A stretch of DNA of 64,000 nucleotides, from NCBI GenBank assembly GCA_013265495.1, contig MU063211.1:217058-281057 (forward strand). Direction: 5' to 3'. Below are positions 9,848 through 21,600 of this stretch, piece after piece (positions within the stretch are counted from its first letter, which is position 1; every line of letters starts with the position of its first letter). This stretch comes from Vicugna vicugna. Lineage: Eukaryota. The notes beneath the pieces are model-generated. The model was not told where the DNA came from. It was given only the letters and a program-made list of their open reading frames with translations, and did no database searches. The position numbers and the translations under genes are program-made.

Positions 9848-11791
9848 TGATTTAGGAAGAAAGCCCCGTTCTTTTTTTCGCAGACGTTCCCCCCGGGTAA
9901 AACTCAGAAAAAAAGGAGCCCAGAGGCACGTCTGCCTTGATCGGAGTGGGGGGGCCTGGCTCTGTTGCTGGCGTCCCTTGTGGGTGTGCGGGGCAGCGGG
10001 CAGGCTGGCTGGCTGGCTGGGTGGCGCTCGGCCGCCGGGCGGGGACCACGCCCGTCACCGCAGCATCCTTTGGGAGCATTTCGCCGGAGGGCGGCTCTGC
10101 ACGCCCAGGGCTCTGGTTCTCGGAGGACAGGAGCTTGGGGCTTCGCGCCCTCGCTGGTCCACAGCCTGGCCGCTGGCCCCCACGGGGACTGTCAGCAGTC
10201 CGGGGCCTTTCCTAGCCAGCCGCTTAATAAACCCTTAAAAAAACACAGCTGCTCCCCCGGGCGGGTGGGAAAAGCCGCTTAGCAGTTCGAGCGCCTCTGA
10301 GCCTCGTCTGGAGAATTCTTACGGGAATGGATCTTGAGTTTTCTGATCTCGGTGCCTCCCCCTGCCCCACCCGCATCCTTTAGAAGGAAGTGGTGGCTTC
10401 TAGTTAGAACGGGGGTGGCACCACCCTCTGGGACACCCTCTCCTCCCGGGGACGATGTCGGGCTTTCTGTGAGGCTCTTTATCAGACAACTCCGGGGGAA
10501 GAGGCCCCAGCTCCCACCACCCCTAGCAGGCCCCCAGCCTCCTCTCAGAGCTCGGCCCGCATTTGCCGGCAGAGACCGGGAGCCGCTGGCGACGGGCGGC
10601 AAACCCCAGAGACGACCGGGCTGGGGTATTTCGGGGTGAAATTTGTGCTTGTTTTGTTTTCTGAATCGTGACAGCTAGCTGGTGCTTGGAAGTTTTCTAA
10701 CAATTCAATTGGCCGATTAATTACGCATTAACTACCAATTAACAGTTTAATTGGCCAATTATTACCCCGGCTGGTCTTCGGTTTCATCCGCGTCCCACCT
10801 GGAAAACCCCACGTCTGGCCCGGGTTCCCCTACAGCGAGCTCTGGCCGCAGCTGTGGGTGGTGACGACAGCAATACAGGCGTGATGGCCAGACGATGTCA
10901 GCAGGCCCTGGGCGCAGTCCCGTGGGCCTGGTGGGGCACGTTCTGTGTTTATCCTGGAAGAAACACGTCGGGGCCCGCGAGGCAGCTCGCGTGCGCCCAG
11001 CCCTCAGTGGGCCGCGTGCCTCTCCTGGGTCCCACAGCCACCCTCCATCCAGGGGGTCGCAGCGGGCTCTGCTGTGCTAACGAGGAAACCCAGGGCGAGC
11101 AGCGTCACGTGACTCGCCCGAGCTCTCCGGAAGGGCCGATCAATGGTCTTATTAGCCATTCTGAGTTGAGTCTGCTGAGTCCGTCCCCTCCCACTGCCCT
11201 CTCCACCACACACATCCCCCAGAAACACAGCAGGCCCATCGGGATTTGTGCCCTTGGTGCGTGCCGCCGAGGACGAGCCCCGGTCTGGAGTGTTTCACCC
11301 CAGCCTCACGCCGCCCGTGCACCCTCGGTCCCCACTTCCGTGTCAGCCTCCTCTGCTGCGGTGAGCGTCCGTCCGACTGTGCTTTCTCAGACAGCGAGCA
11401 GCAGGGCTCCTGGGCAGTGAGGATGCAGGCGGGCGAGGCCTTCGAGGCGGTCGGTGATGGATGCCTTAGGAAAGCACCTGTCCCTCTTCTGCCCGATGAC
11501 TTGATCCCCCTCCAGGAAAGGGGGCCCTGGTGGTGGGAGGCGGGAGGGGGAGGCCTCCCTGGTGGGAGCCAACTGCATGGGGAGAGGGAGGGACCCAGCT
11601 CGCTGGCCGGGGACCTGGGGGCCGGCTCCGAGCCTTTGGGCAGTTGGCAGCCCTGTCCCAGGCTGTGAGCGCAGCACCGCGGCCTCCACCTCACAGCTGC
11701 TAAGGGGCCTGTCCCCAGGCCCCGCCATCGATCTGGAAGAGCGCTGTTTTGTTTTGTTTTGATCTTTTCCATGCTTCCATCCAATTTTGAT

Positions 11792-11799
11792 CACACGCG

Positions 11800-11839
<40 letters not shown>
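11792..11839. repeat. (CA)n/(CG)n compound microsatellite
   Basis: cacacgcgcacacgcgcgcgc followed by an (AC)n run; uninterrupted purine-pyrimidine alternation. Confidence 0.95.
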
Positions 11840-12035
11840 GGAGACCACACACGTGCTTCAGAAAAGAAAGAATCGATATTGGCTTCCGTGAAGGCGGCCA
11901 CGGGGCGGGAGGCGAGGTAACGGGGGTGTGGCCAAACGGGGCGGGGGGGAGTTGCTGTGGGACCCCAGTGGGGGAGTCCTCGAAGGGGCTTTTCGGTCCC
12001 CTGCCTCTGTGCTGAACTGTTAGAACCAGGTTAGC

Positions 12036-12085
12036 TCATTTATTGAGCACCAGCTGTGTGCTGGGCAGTGTGCGGGGCTCCTGGG
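12036..12085 (-). mobile_element. L2 LINE 3'-end fragment
   Basis: tcatttattgagcaccagctgtgtgctgggcagtgtgc matches the characteristic L2 tail (atttattgagcacctactatgtgccaggcactgtgc). Confidence 0.65.
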
Positions 12086-12383
12086 TCCTCCACCCTGCCC
12101 AGAAGTGGCCATCCCTCAGCGGTGGCAGGCCCACGTGGTCCCGATGGCACCCAGACGCCAGAAGCCAGGCTCTCGTGCCCCCAGGCTGTGCCGCTCCCCC
12201 GGGGGGATCCCCGATCTGACTACGGACCCTTCCAGGGTCCGGCGTCCGCCGGGCCTCCCACTGGCCTGCTTCCACCGCGGAAGTCCCAGGCCCACTCACG
12301 TCACACGTCCGGCGTCAGAAAGGGAGCCTCTGGCCCCCAGGAAGCCGTGCTTCGGAGGAGGCGCTCTCGTCGCTGAAACACAA

Positions 12384-12465
12384 CCATTTCACAGACAACA
12401 GTGAGCTTAGCTGAGTGTTTAAAAGTCCTTCCCAATCATTTACACAGTGTCAGAGTCACCCAGGT
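12384..12465 (-). mobile_element. MIR SINE fragment (degenerate)
   Basis: ccatttcacagacaacagtgagcttagctgag...cagagtcacccagg resembles reverse-strand MIR. Confidence 0.4.
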
Positions 12466-13543
12466 ATTTTATACATTTCCTACGGAATCCCCGCTCCGGA
12501 AGGTTAAATTACCGAAATCCGCAGGCACGCCGTGCGGTGTGGCCGGAGGGCAGCCCAGAGTCCGCACCGCTCGGTGCACACGAGTGCCCCTTCGGTCTTT
12601 TCTCTGTGCGAGCAGGGACAGTGTTGGGGCCCCCTTTTCAACCCTTACTCCCCAGTGAAGTCTCTGGCGAGGACTGCCCCCCACCTCCCCTCTCGCCCGG
12701 TCGGTCGGCTGAGGGCTCCCTTTAAGCAGCTTCCCAGCAGCCCCAGCAGGGTCTGCACCATCGAAGGCCCACTGGTGGGGAGCCAGACGTGGGAACACAT
12801 TCCTCCCGCTGCGGGCGAGACCGTTCCTTCCCGACAGGATGCAGAGGGGGTGCCACGCGAGCTGGGTCTTGAAAGAAGCAGTGAGCCCCCGTCCAGGAGG
12901 CGACCAAGTGGAGCATGTCGGGGAGGCCCGCACAGCACCGCGCACCCCCGACACCCCCAGCACCGCACCTGCCCCGTTCTGCCCCGTGACCCCCATCGCT
13001 GGGGCTGGTCTGAGGGAGGCTAAAGACAGTAAAAGCCTCACGAGACGGTTTTTTTTACAAATCGCGTTAAAACACAAAAAGCACATCTGTCTCTGAGCGT
13101 CTGAACGGCGTCTCGGGAACAAGGTTACAGGATTTTTTTCCGTTTTACCGCACATGTACCTCGGCGTGTGGAAGCCCCCACGCCCTAACCTCTGCTGCAG
13201 CCAGAGCCCCCGGCGGAGGAGGCGGCCGTCTCACTGTCCGGCAGACGCGCCGGGGCGGCTTCAGCCCAGGCTTCCCTCTGACTGGCTGCACTGCCTTCTA
13301 ATTTGCTCCCACATTGGTTGAAAGTGTCTAAAGCGTTTTGTACAAGGTCTAGACAGCTTTCGAGTCAGCCGGCACCTAAGCGATTGTCGGAGCCCCTTCC
13401 TCTGTGGCCCCGGACGTGGGCCTCATGGTTGGTTTGGACGATCAGAGCCTCTGGAACCCACGCTCCTTGGGGAGAGGCACCCCCAGACTGGGCGTGACAA
13501 GGAGGGGCTACCCTCGAAGGTTCCCCAAATGCCAAGTTAATGA

Positions 13544-14815
<1,272 letters not shown>

Positions 14816-15810
14816 CCCCACGGGGCCGCGTCCTCGCCCACGTGGAAACGCCTGCGACGCAGCTGCCGGAGCAGTCCGAGCCAGACGAACAGTGCTAACT
14901 TTGAGACATCATCAGCGACGTGGACTCCGGCGTCGCGGGGTGGCGTTGCCGCCGTGTGTCTCCAGCCCCAGCCGGAGGGCAGCCGGCGTGGGAGGAAGTC
15001 CCCGTATTTGCAGCTGGAACTGCAGTCCAGGGCTCCCTGGTCCCCCGCCCTGGTCAATGAACGTCCTAAAGAAGCAAGGCGATGACTGTTGGCCAATCCT
15101 CGCCGAGAACAACCCACTGTTAGGCTCGCATGGACTTGTCTGTAGATCGTGGTCAGCTCGATGGACATAGTGTCGTGTCTCCCTGAGACCCCCCGCCCGG
15201 CCCCGCTCGGCCTCGGAGGGGCGCCCTAGGCTAGTGTCACCCGCATCCCACCACCACTGCTGTCCCTCGACCGTGTGTTGTGTCTTAGATTAACTGTGCC
15301 GAGACTCCAAGTAGCCGTGGCCCCGAGTCTCGTCCCGCCGAGCGGTGGCCGGCGTGTGCGGGGCGGACAGGTGTGCGCCCCGCCGTGTGACTCCGAGTGC
15401 CCCGTAGGCCCATCGCACCACGTCCGTCTGTCGTTTCCTCCAGGTGGTGACTTGTACGATTAGTTCATGCCGTGAATGTTGTAGATGCAATGCCGTAGTT
15501 TGGATTGATAAGTGAATGGCTTTTGTTTCTAAGAAGAAAAAAAAAACACACGTCAGTGTTCACCCTCCTAGCGGGGCGACCACGTTCGTGTGGATGACAG
15601 CTAAAGGCGGTATCCTCTTCCTGTTAAGTTACCTGAATGATGTAACCTCGGATGAGAAGGGCCCATCGACGGGGCTTCGTTTCCAGCGGGAAGGAAGTGC
15701 TCCTGAGGGCAACCATAGGCGGAGAGGACGTTTTTTAAGTAAAACGGAGGGAAGCTTTGTCCTATCTGGTTATCTGAGGAACAATAAAAATACTAGGAGA
15801 TGCGTTGGCC
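14816..15810 (+). other. OLFM1: 3'UTR of OLFM1 Z isoforms (end approximate)
   Basis: Runs from the stop codon to the first downstream AATAAA, which is followed by a GU/U-rich tract (15801-15826). Confidence 0.75.
15783..15788 (+). terminator. OLFM1: Poly(A) signal, Z isoforms
   Basis: AATAAA with upstream TGTA (~15641) and downstream tgcgttggcctcatttgtcgtttctg. Confidence 0.8.
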
Positions 15811-18582
15811 TCATTTGTCGTTTCTGAAGCTTTTAAAAGGAGCGAGACTTCAGATCCCTGCAGACGTAGTCCAGCGCGCACGTGCCGCCCTCAGACGGGG
15901 ACGAAGGGGCACAGTCTGGACTCAAGCCGCACGGGGTCTCTAAGGCCCATCCCCCGAAAGTCGGAGACGGAGAAGCGGCTTGGAGGTCCCCTCCCCGCTG
16001 GGTGGGTCTGAATCCAGGACTACGCCACTGGGAACCCCCACCACCACCCCACCCCACCCCCGGCTCCTCCAGGTCACAGCTGGAGGGCATCTGGGACGGG
16101 CGGGCTGGGGGGACCCAGAGCCCCTCTGGCCACTTCACCCTCTAGGGGCCCTGGGGTGAGGGAGTGAGCGGCCAGCCCCAGCTAGGGTCTGGGCCCCTGG
16201 GCCTTGGACGTGGAGAACCTCACAGGCCAGAGGAGCTCAGGCGAGCACACCGGGCCTGCAGCTGCTGTTGGCCCCGCCTCTGAGAAGACCGGTGGAGAGG
16301 TCTCTGCAGGACGGAGCCTTTTGAGGCCTGGGAGTCTGTGTGGCAAGAGAAGGAACGGGTCAAAGTAACTCTTCATGAGAAGGAGTCAGGACTGGCCTTA
16401 GCACTGGAGGCCGAGGCCAGGCCTGGCATGTGGGGGCCGCCCACCGCCCTCCCACCCTCCCCTCTGCTCGGGGCCGCGGGCCTCCTTGGCAGGTGGGCAG
16501 CAGGGCAAGAGCCAGCTGCCCCCGTGAGGTTGGCCCAGCAGGCACCTCACACACGCCAGCAAGCAAAGGCGCTGACGTGCTCCCAGGGGGCCTCCCCGAG
16601 TCCCGTGCCCTGTCCCAGACAGAGGCTGGGCAGGTACCAGGCGGGACTCAGGTGGGGCACAGCTGTGGTCACAATGCTGGGTTGCGCAGTGTCCACCTGA
16701 GATCTTCTGAGAACGTCCGACTCTGGTCCCCGGGGCCCCTCGGAGGCTGGAGCCGCTGAGATGTGGAGCCGGCGGGGCAGCAGGCAGCTGGGGGCGTGGG
16801 GACCATGCCGGCTTACTACAGTGGCCCTTGTGATCCGGCCCCGGCCAATCTTTGGGGAAATGTGGGATGAAGAATAGGGCAGAGGCTCCCCGGCCCCCCC
16901 GGAGTACCACCCTGAAGCAGCAGATGTCCACTGGCCAGGTTTCACCCATGGCCGGGCTCACCTGGGTAGTTCCCTGGATGGCGGCCAGCTTCCCCCGTGA
17001 GAGCCGAGAAATCGGGTGGGCCCTGAACCGCTGGGTGGGGAGGGAGGGAGACACAGGAGGATGCTGGGAAGGCGCTGGGGGTGTCGGTCGGCGGCCCCCC
17101 ACTTGTCGCGGGGGAGGGGTGGCTGCCTGGCCACTCCTGGGACCCCCTCCCCACCTACCTCGGGGGCCACGTCTCTCCCCTCTACTGCACACTGGGCCCT
17201 CGACCCCCCATCACTGGCCACGCAGACTGCGCTGTACTGTGGGGGCGGGGGGGCGGGGAGGGCCACCTTGTGCCTGGCACCGGCCATCTCTGACCCCATC
17301 TCACCTGAAACCTTCCCCTCTGCCTGCTCCCCTGCGCTCACCCGCACTCCGCAAGCGGGTCTCCACCTCCAAGCACACGGCACTCTGAGCCCCTCAGTGT
17401 CCTCACCTGCGCCCCCCACCAGCCTTCCTGCCCCCCCAGCTCAGAGCTCCCCGCCTTCTGGACGCTTCCCATCCCCCATCTCCAGGGAGGAATCGGTGCC
17501 GCCTCCTGCCTTCCCCGCATCCTGGGCCGCCCATCTTCCCAGCAGCTGATTCTCCTGCCCCCGGGAGGGCTGGATGTGCCAAGCCCTGAGCCCTGAGGAG
17601 GAGAGGAGGGGGCAGCACAGGAGACACCCAATCCCTCATTAGATCCTCATTAGCTGGGAGCCCTCCCCAGGCAAGAGGGCGCGCGCGGGACGCGGGCGCA
17701 ACTGAAACTTTCCCAAGTGGGAGGCCTTTTCATGCTTTCACGTCCGCAAGTCCCCTTGGACTGAGCCGCACACAAAGCCCTCGCCGGGCCGACGGGAGAC
17801 TCTGACCTCAGTAAGACACTCCAGGAAGCCACGGACTTCCCCTCGCCCAGCCACCCCGCCTGCAGCGCGGTAGAAGCCAGTCCAAGCACCGCAGGCCGGG
17901 GTTGTTTCGCAGCTGCAGCTGCAGTTGTGGGCCGGCTGCTTCCTAATTTCCCCTAATGACCCAGGAAACAGCAAATACACAAACGCCTGCTCCCAGTCAC
18001 CAGAAGACGAAACAGTGGCCTGACAGGTTCAGAACGGATTTGCACCCTCAGGCTGCGGATTCGCTGCGGGACGTACTCCTCCAGGATATTAAATACGCAA
18101 GAAAAGTGGTTCCAACCAGAGAGCAAATAAAACCACCACCCTGCCACTAAATCTCCCGGAATTCCAGGAGCTGGATGTATCGGCTGATGGCGAGCACCTG
18201 TAGATGAATTATCTTTATTAAAAGTTTGGTTTGGGAGCAAAACCCAGCAGTTCTCTGGGGGTCCCGGAGGCCAGAGCACCAGACTCCCAGCCCCGCGTGC
18301 CTAGTTTCCGCGGGGGTCTTCTTGAGGGAGGCGGGGGCGGGAGCCTGCCGCCCCCACTGCCCACGGAGGTCTCCTCTGGTGCCTGGAGTCCCGACGCCCG
18401 TGCAGAGTTCATGGAGCCGTGCGCTGAGGGCGACCAAGCTCTCACAGGCCACCGGGAAGGAGAAACAGCCCGGTTCTTGGGAATCGCAGGGCCTCCGGGC
18501 AGGCGCCAGGCTCCGTCTGCGAGAAGGGAGAGGACGGCAGCCCCGTGGGGGGGCGGTGGTTGCCCTTTATTTGCCGGGATGC

Positions 18583-18691
18583 GGGAGGTGATTAGACTTT
18601 GTTAGTCAGTTATAAATGGAGGTGCTGGGGATTGACCCCAGGACCTCGTGTGTGCTAGGCACGCGCTCTCCCCCTGAGCTCCACCCTCCCC
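18583..18691 (-). mobile_element. tRNA-Ala-derived SINE (camelid-type), with tail
   Basis: The reverse strand reads ggggagggtggagctcagggggagagcgcgtgcctagcacacacgaggtcctggggtcaatccccagcacctcca + tttataactgactaacaaagtctaatcacctccc: A box, degenerate B box, AGC anticodon remnant and SINE tail. Confidence 0.85.
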
Positions 18692-21600
18692 GCCACCAGG
18701 ATGTCGTCTTTATCGCACCATTTCACGGAACTCCGTTTGAAGACTGCAAGTGGTAAAGACGGGCACGGGCTCCACTGAGAGGCCGATGTTACCACCCGCC
18801 CGCCGTGACCTCGCACCGCTCTGTGCAGGAGGCACCAGGCTCCCCGTCCTCAGCTGGGACGGCCCCCCCCGGGGGTTTGTCGGGGGGCTGGGGCGAGGAT
18901 TTGGGAGGGCGGGGGCTGGGGTCGGACCCTTGCCCAGACGTCTGTGTAGGTGTGGCCCAGGAAGACGTGCCACCTGTCACTGAAAGAAGCAAGATCTGGA
19001 GGAAGTGGCCACGTGGGTGCTGGCCCGTGAAGAGTGAGGCTGAATCCTCGGACGCGCTGGACGGGGCTGCCCCCCGGCCCCAGGCGCGCACAGCCGGACG
19101 GTGCATCTGATGCGTCACCAGACTCAGGCAACTCTTGCTGGTGGCCAAGGGGCCTGTCTGCTCACCAGCTGATAGGACATCCCCTCCTTGGTGGCCCAAC
19201 CTGTGGCGCCGAGGAGAAGCCCCGTGAGAACCACCTCCATGTGGTGTCCTGTGGGTGAACTGTTTCTCAAAGGGTCTCCTGCGGCAAGATTTTATTTTAA
19301 TAAATCCACTGTTGGAGATGATTTTCACAGGCTACAAGAATAAACCAGCAACGAGAGGTGGCAAGTAGCGCCCTCGCCCCGCTCGTGTGTCACTCTGCGT
19401 CTTGCCGTTTTCACATAACTCTCCCTGAAGGTGACATTAGGGACACGGAGCCCTTCCTTTTCGTCGCTTTGTGCTCGTCCCCTGTGCAGAGTGGCGTGGT
19501 GCGTGTAACCGGCACCCCACGGCGTGTATTCGGGTCGTTTCTAACGGTCTGCTCTTGACAGCCACGCCGCGTGAACAGCCTGCGTAAAATCACCCCGAGG
19601 CTGCACATGGCGCGTGTCTTTGGAGTAAAGGTCTAAGGGCCAGCGCTCCGTCCTTCTGCCCGACGGGGCTTGAGTTTGCCTCCTTCCAGCAGCCGGCCGG
19701 AGCGCCGGCTTCCCGGAGTGCCCGGGGCGTCCTTGGGGGGTTCCCAGCCTGGGAGGTAAGACGCGGTGCCCCCGAGCTCCTTGGGCCTTCCCGTCTCCGA
19801 TGAAGAGCCAGGACGGCGTCTCTCGCGTGCCTCTGGGCCGCTGGCGGGGCCTCTCCGGGCCTCTCAGCTCGGAGCTCTGGCCTGTTTTCTCCCTGCTCAG
19901 CTGTTGAGATTTTTCTCCCATATCAATGTTCGGAGCTCCCTCACCCGTGGGAAGTCAGCCCTCGTCTGTGATTCTGCGAGCGGCAAACATCATGCGGTTT
20001 GTTGAGATTTTCTGGATTGTGGTGACGGGGGGGTTTTCAGACGTGTTCAGAATTGCGTCCGTGCCAGCGCTTCTGGCCGGGGAGTCGCAGCCGGGGCGGT
20101 CACGGCTGCGTTCCTCTGGCGTCTCCCTCAGCGCCTCCGGGGTTTGTGCCGTGTGAGGCGCGGGTCCGGCTTTACCTTCTTCCAGAAGGCTGCCGCGCTG
20201 TCCCAACACGGCCGGCCGCCCCACTGCCGAGCGTCCCGCGCCCTCGGGGCCCCACCTCGGGCTCTTCTCTTGCTGAGTCTGTGTTTGATGCTGTTGCTGG
20301 AAATCCTTCCATTTGCATAAATTCCCATCAGTTTGCCGGTAGGTGGACATTCACGGCCTCTGTGAGGCGGGCACTCAGGCCGCTGCCTCTTAAAGTGCTC
20401 TTGAAAGGCTGTGTCCCGTGCTCCCGCGTCCCTGCGCCCGCGAGGCCTCACCCCGGGTAGTTAGTCCATCTGAGTGGGACTTCTGCCTTCCCCGACTCCG
20501 TCAGGTCAGCAGAGATGTAAGTGGCCTTGGGACCCTGTGTCTCCCCGAGGCCATTCTTTGTTGTTCTGGACAAAAGGCCGAATCCAGGACTCTAAAGCCA
20601 GGAGGGGCCCGCTTGGGGCAGACCCTTGGCCCCACGTGGCACCTCACTTCCTCCGAGCAGAGGCCCACCAGGGAGCCAGCGCAGGCCCGCTGATCGGAGC
20701 CCCGCACCCCTCTCCCTGCCCTGGGCTGACAGTCGTCCGCGCGCAGTGCCCGTCCTCCAGCCGGTGAGTCACCAGACGCTTATTCATCATCACGCAGCAG
20801 GCAGCGGAAGGTGCCAGAACGGTGGGCAAGGATCTGGGCCCACCCTGTGGCCCTAGCCGGGCGCGGGTGAGTCACTGCTGCCGCCCGAGCAGCACGGCGG
20901 CGGGAGGCGAGGCCCCGGCCAAGGAAGGCGGAGGGCTGGCTTCCGTCTCCGCTCCACGCTCGCCGGGGGAGGTGGGGAAGAGGGACCTTTCCTCCGTATG
21001 CCTCCATCTCGCTGCCCGCTGCACACGCACACCTGCACACACGCATGCGCGCAGACGGGCACACACTGGCTAACTCCAAGCGCTCACGCAAGCTTAGACA
21101 CAGGGCAGCGAGCCGGCCTGGATGCGCCCTTGGCTTCAAGATTTGGTCTCCGCTTTGGTGAAATGGGAGGGGCTGCTGTCTGCTTCCGAGGGGAACTTCT
21201 GCGTTAAAGACCTCACCCCCACCCCTGCCCTGGCCACCCCGGCCTCCCAGCCGGGTCTGAGCCCTGTGCTGGCGCAGGGGGGAGGGCACGGCTCAGGCAT
21301 GAAGTCACAGGGCTCGGGCTGCAGGCCGGCACCCGCCCCCAACCCCCGCCACGCACACGGGCTCTGCCCCCCGGGAGGCGGCCGCTCCTCTGTACCCCTG
21401 TGCAGGGCTGGCGGGAGCAGCAGGTGCCAACACAGATGACGTCAGGGAGCCCATCCTCCAGGCGAAGCACCCTGTGGCCCCTCAGACCCCTCCCTCCCGC
21501 CTGGCGAAACTGTCTTCCTCGAGCACTCCCGTCGTCCTTGGCTGCCCTGCAAGGCACCAGCAGGCGAAGGCAGTGGGGCCACAGAGACTAGTTAACACCC

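Noticed and set aside
18583-18691. Possible tRNA-Ala(AGC) gene
   Set aside because: The stems and B box are mutated, and it continues into a SINE tail rather than a T-run terminator. It is a SINE.
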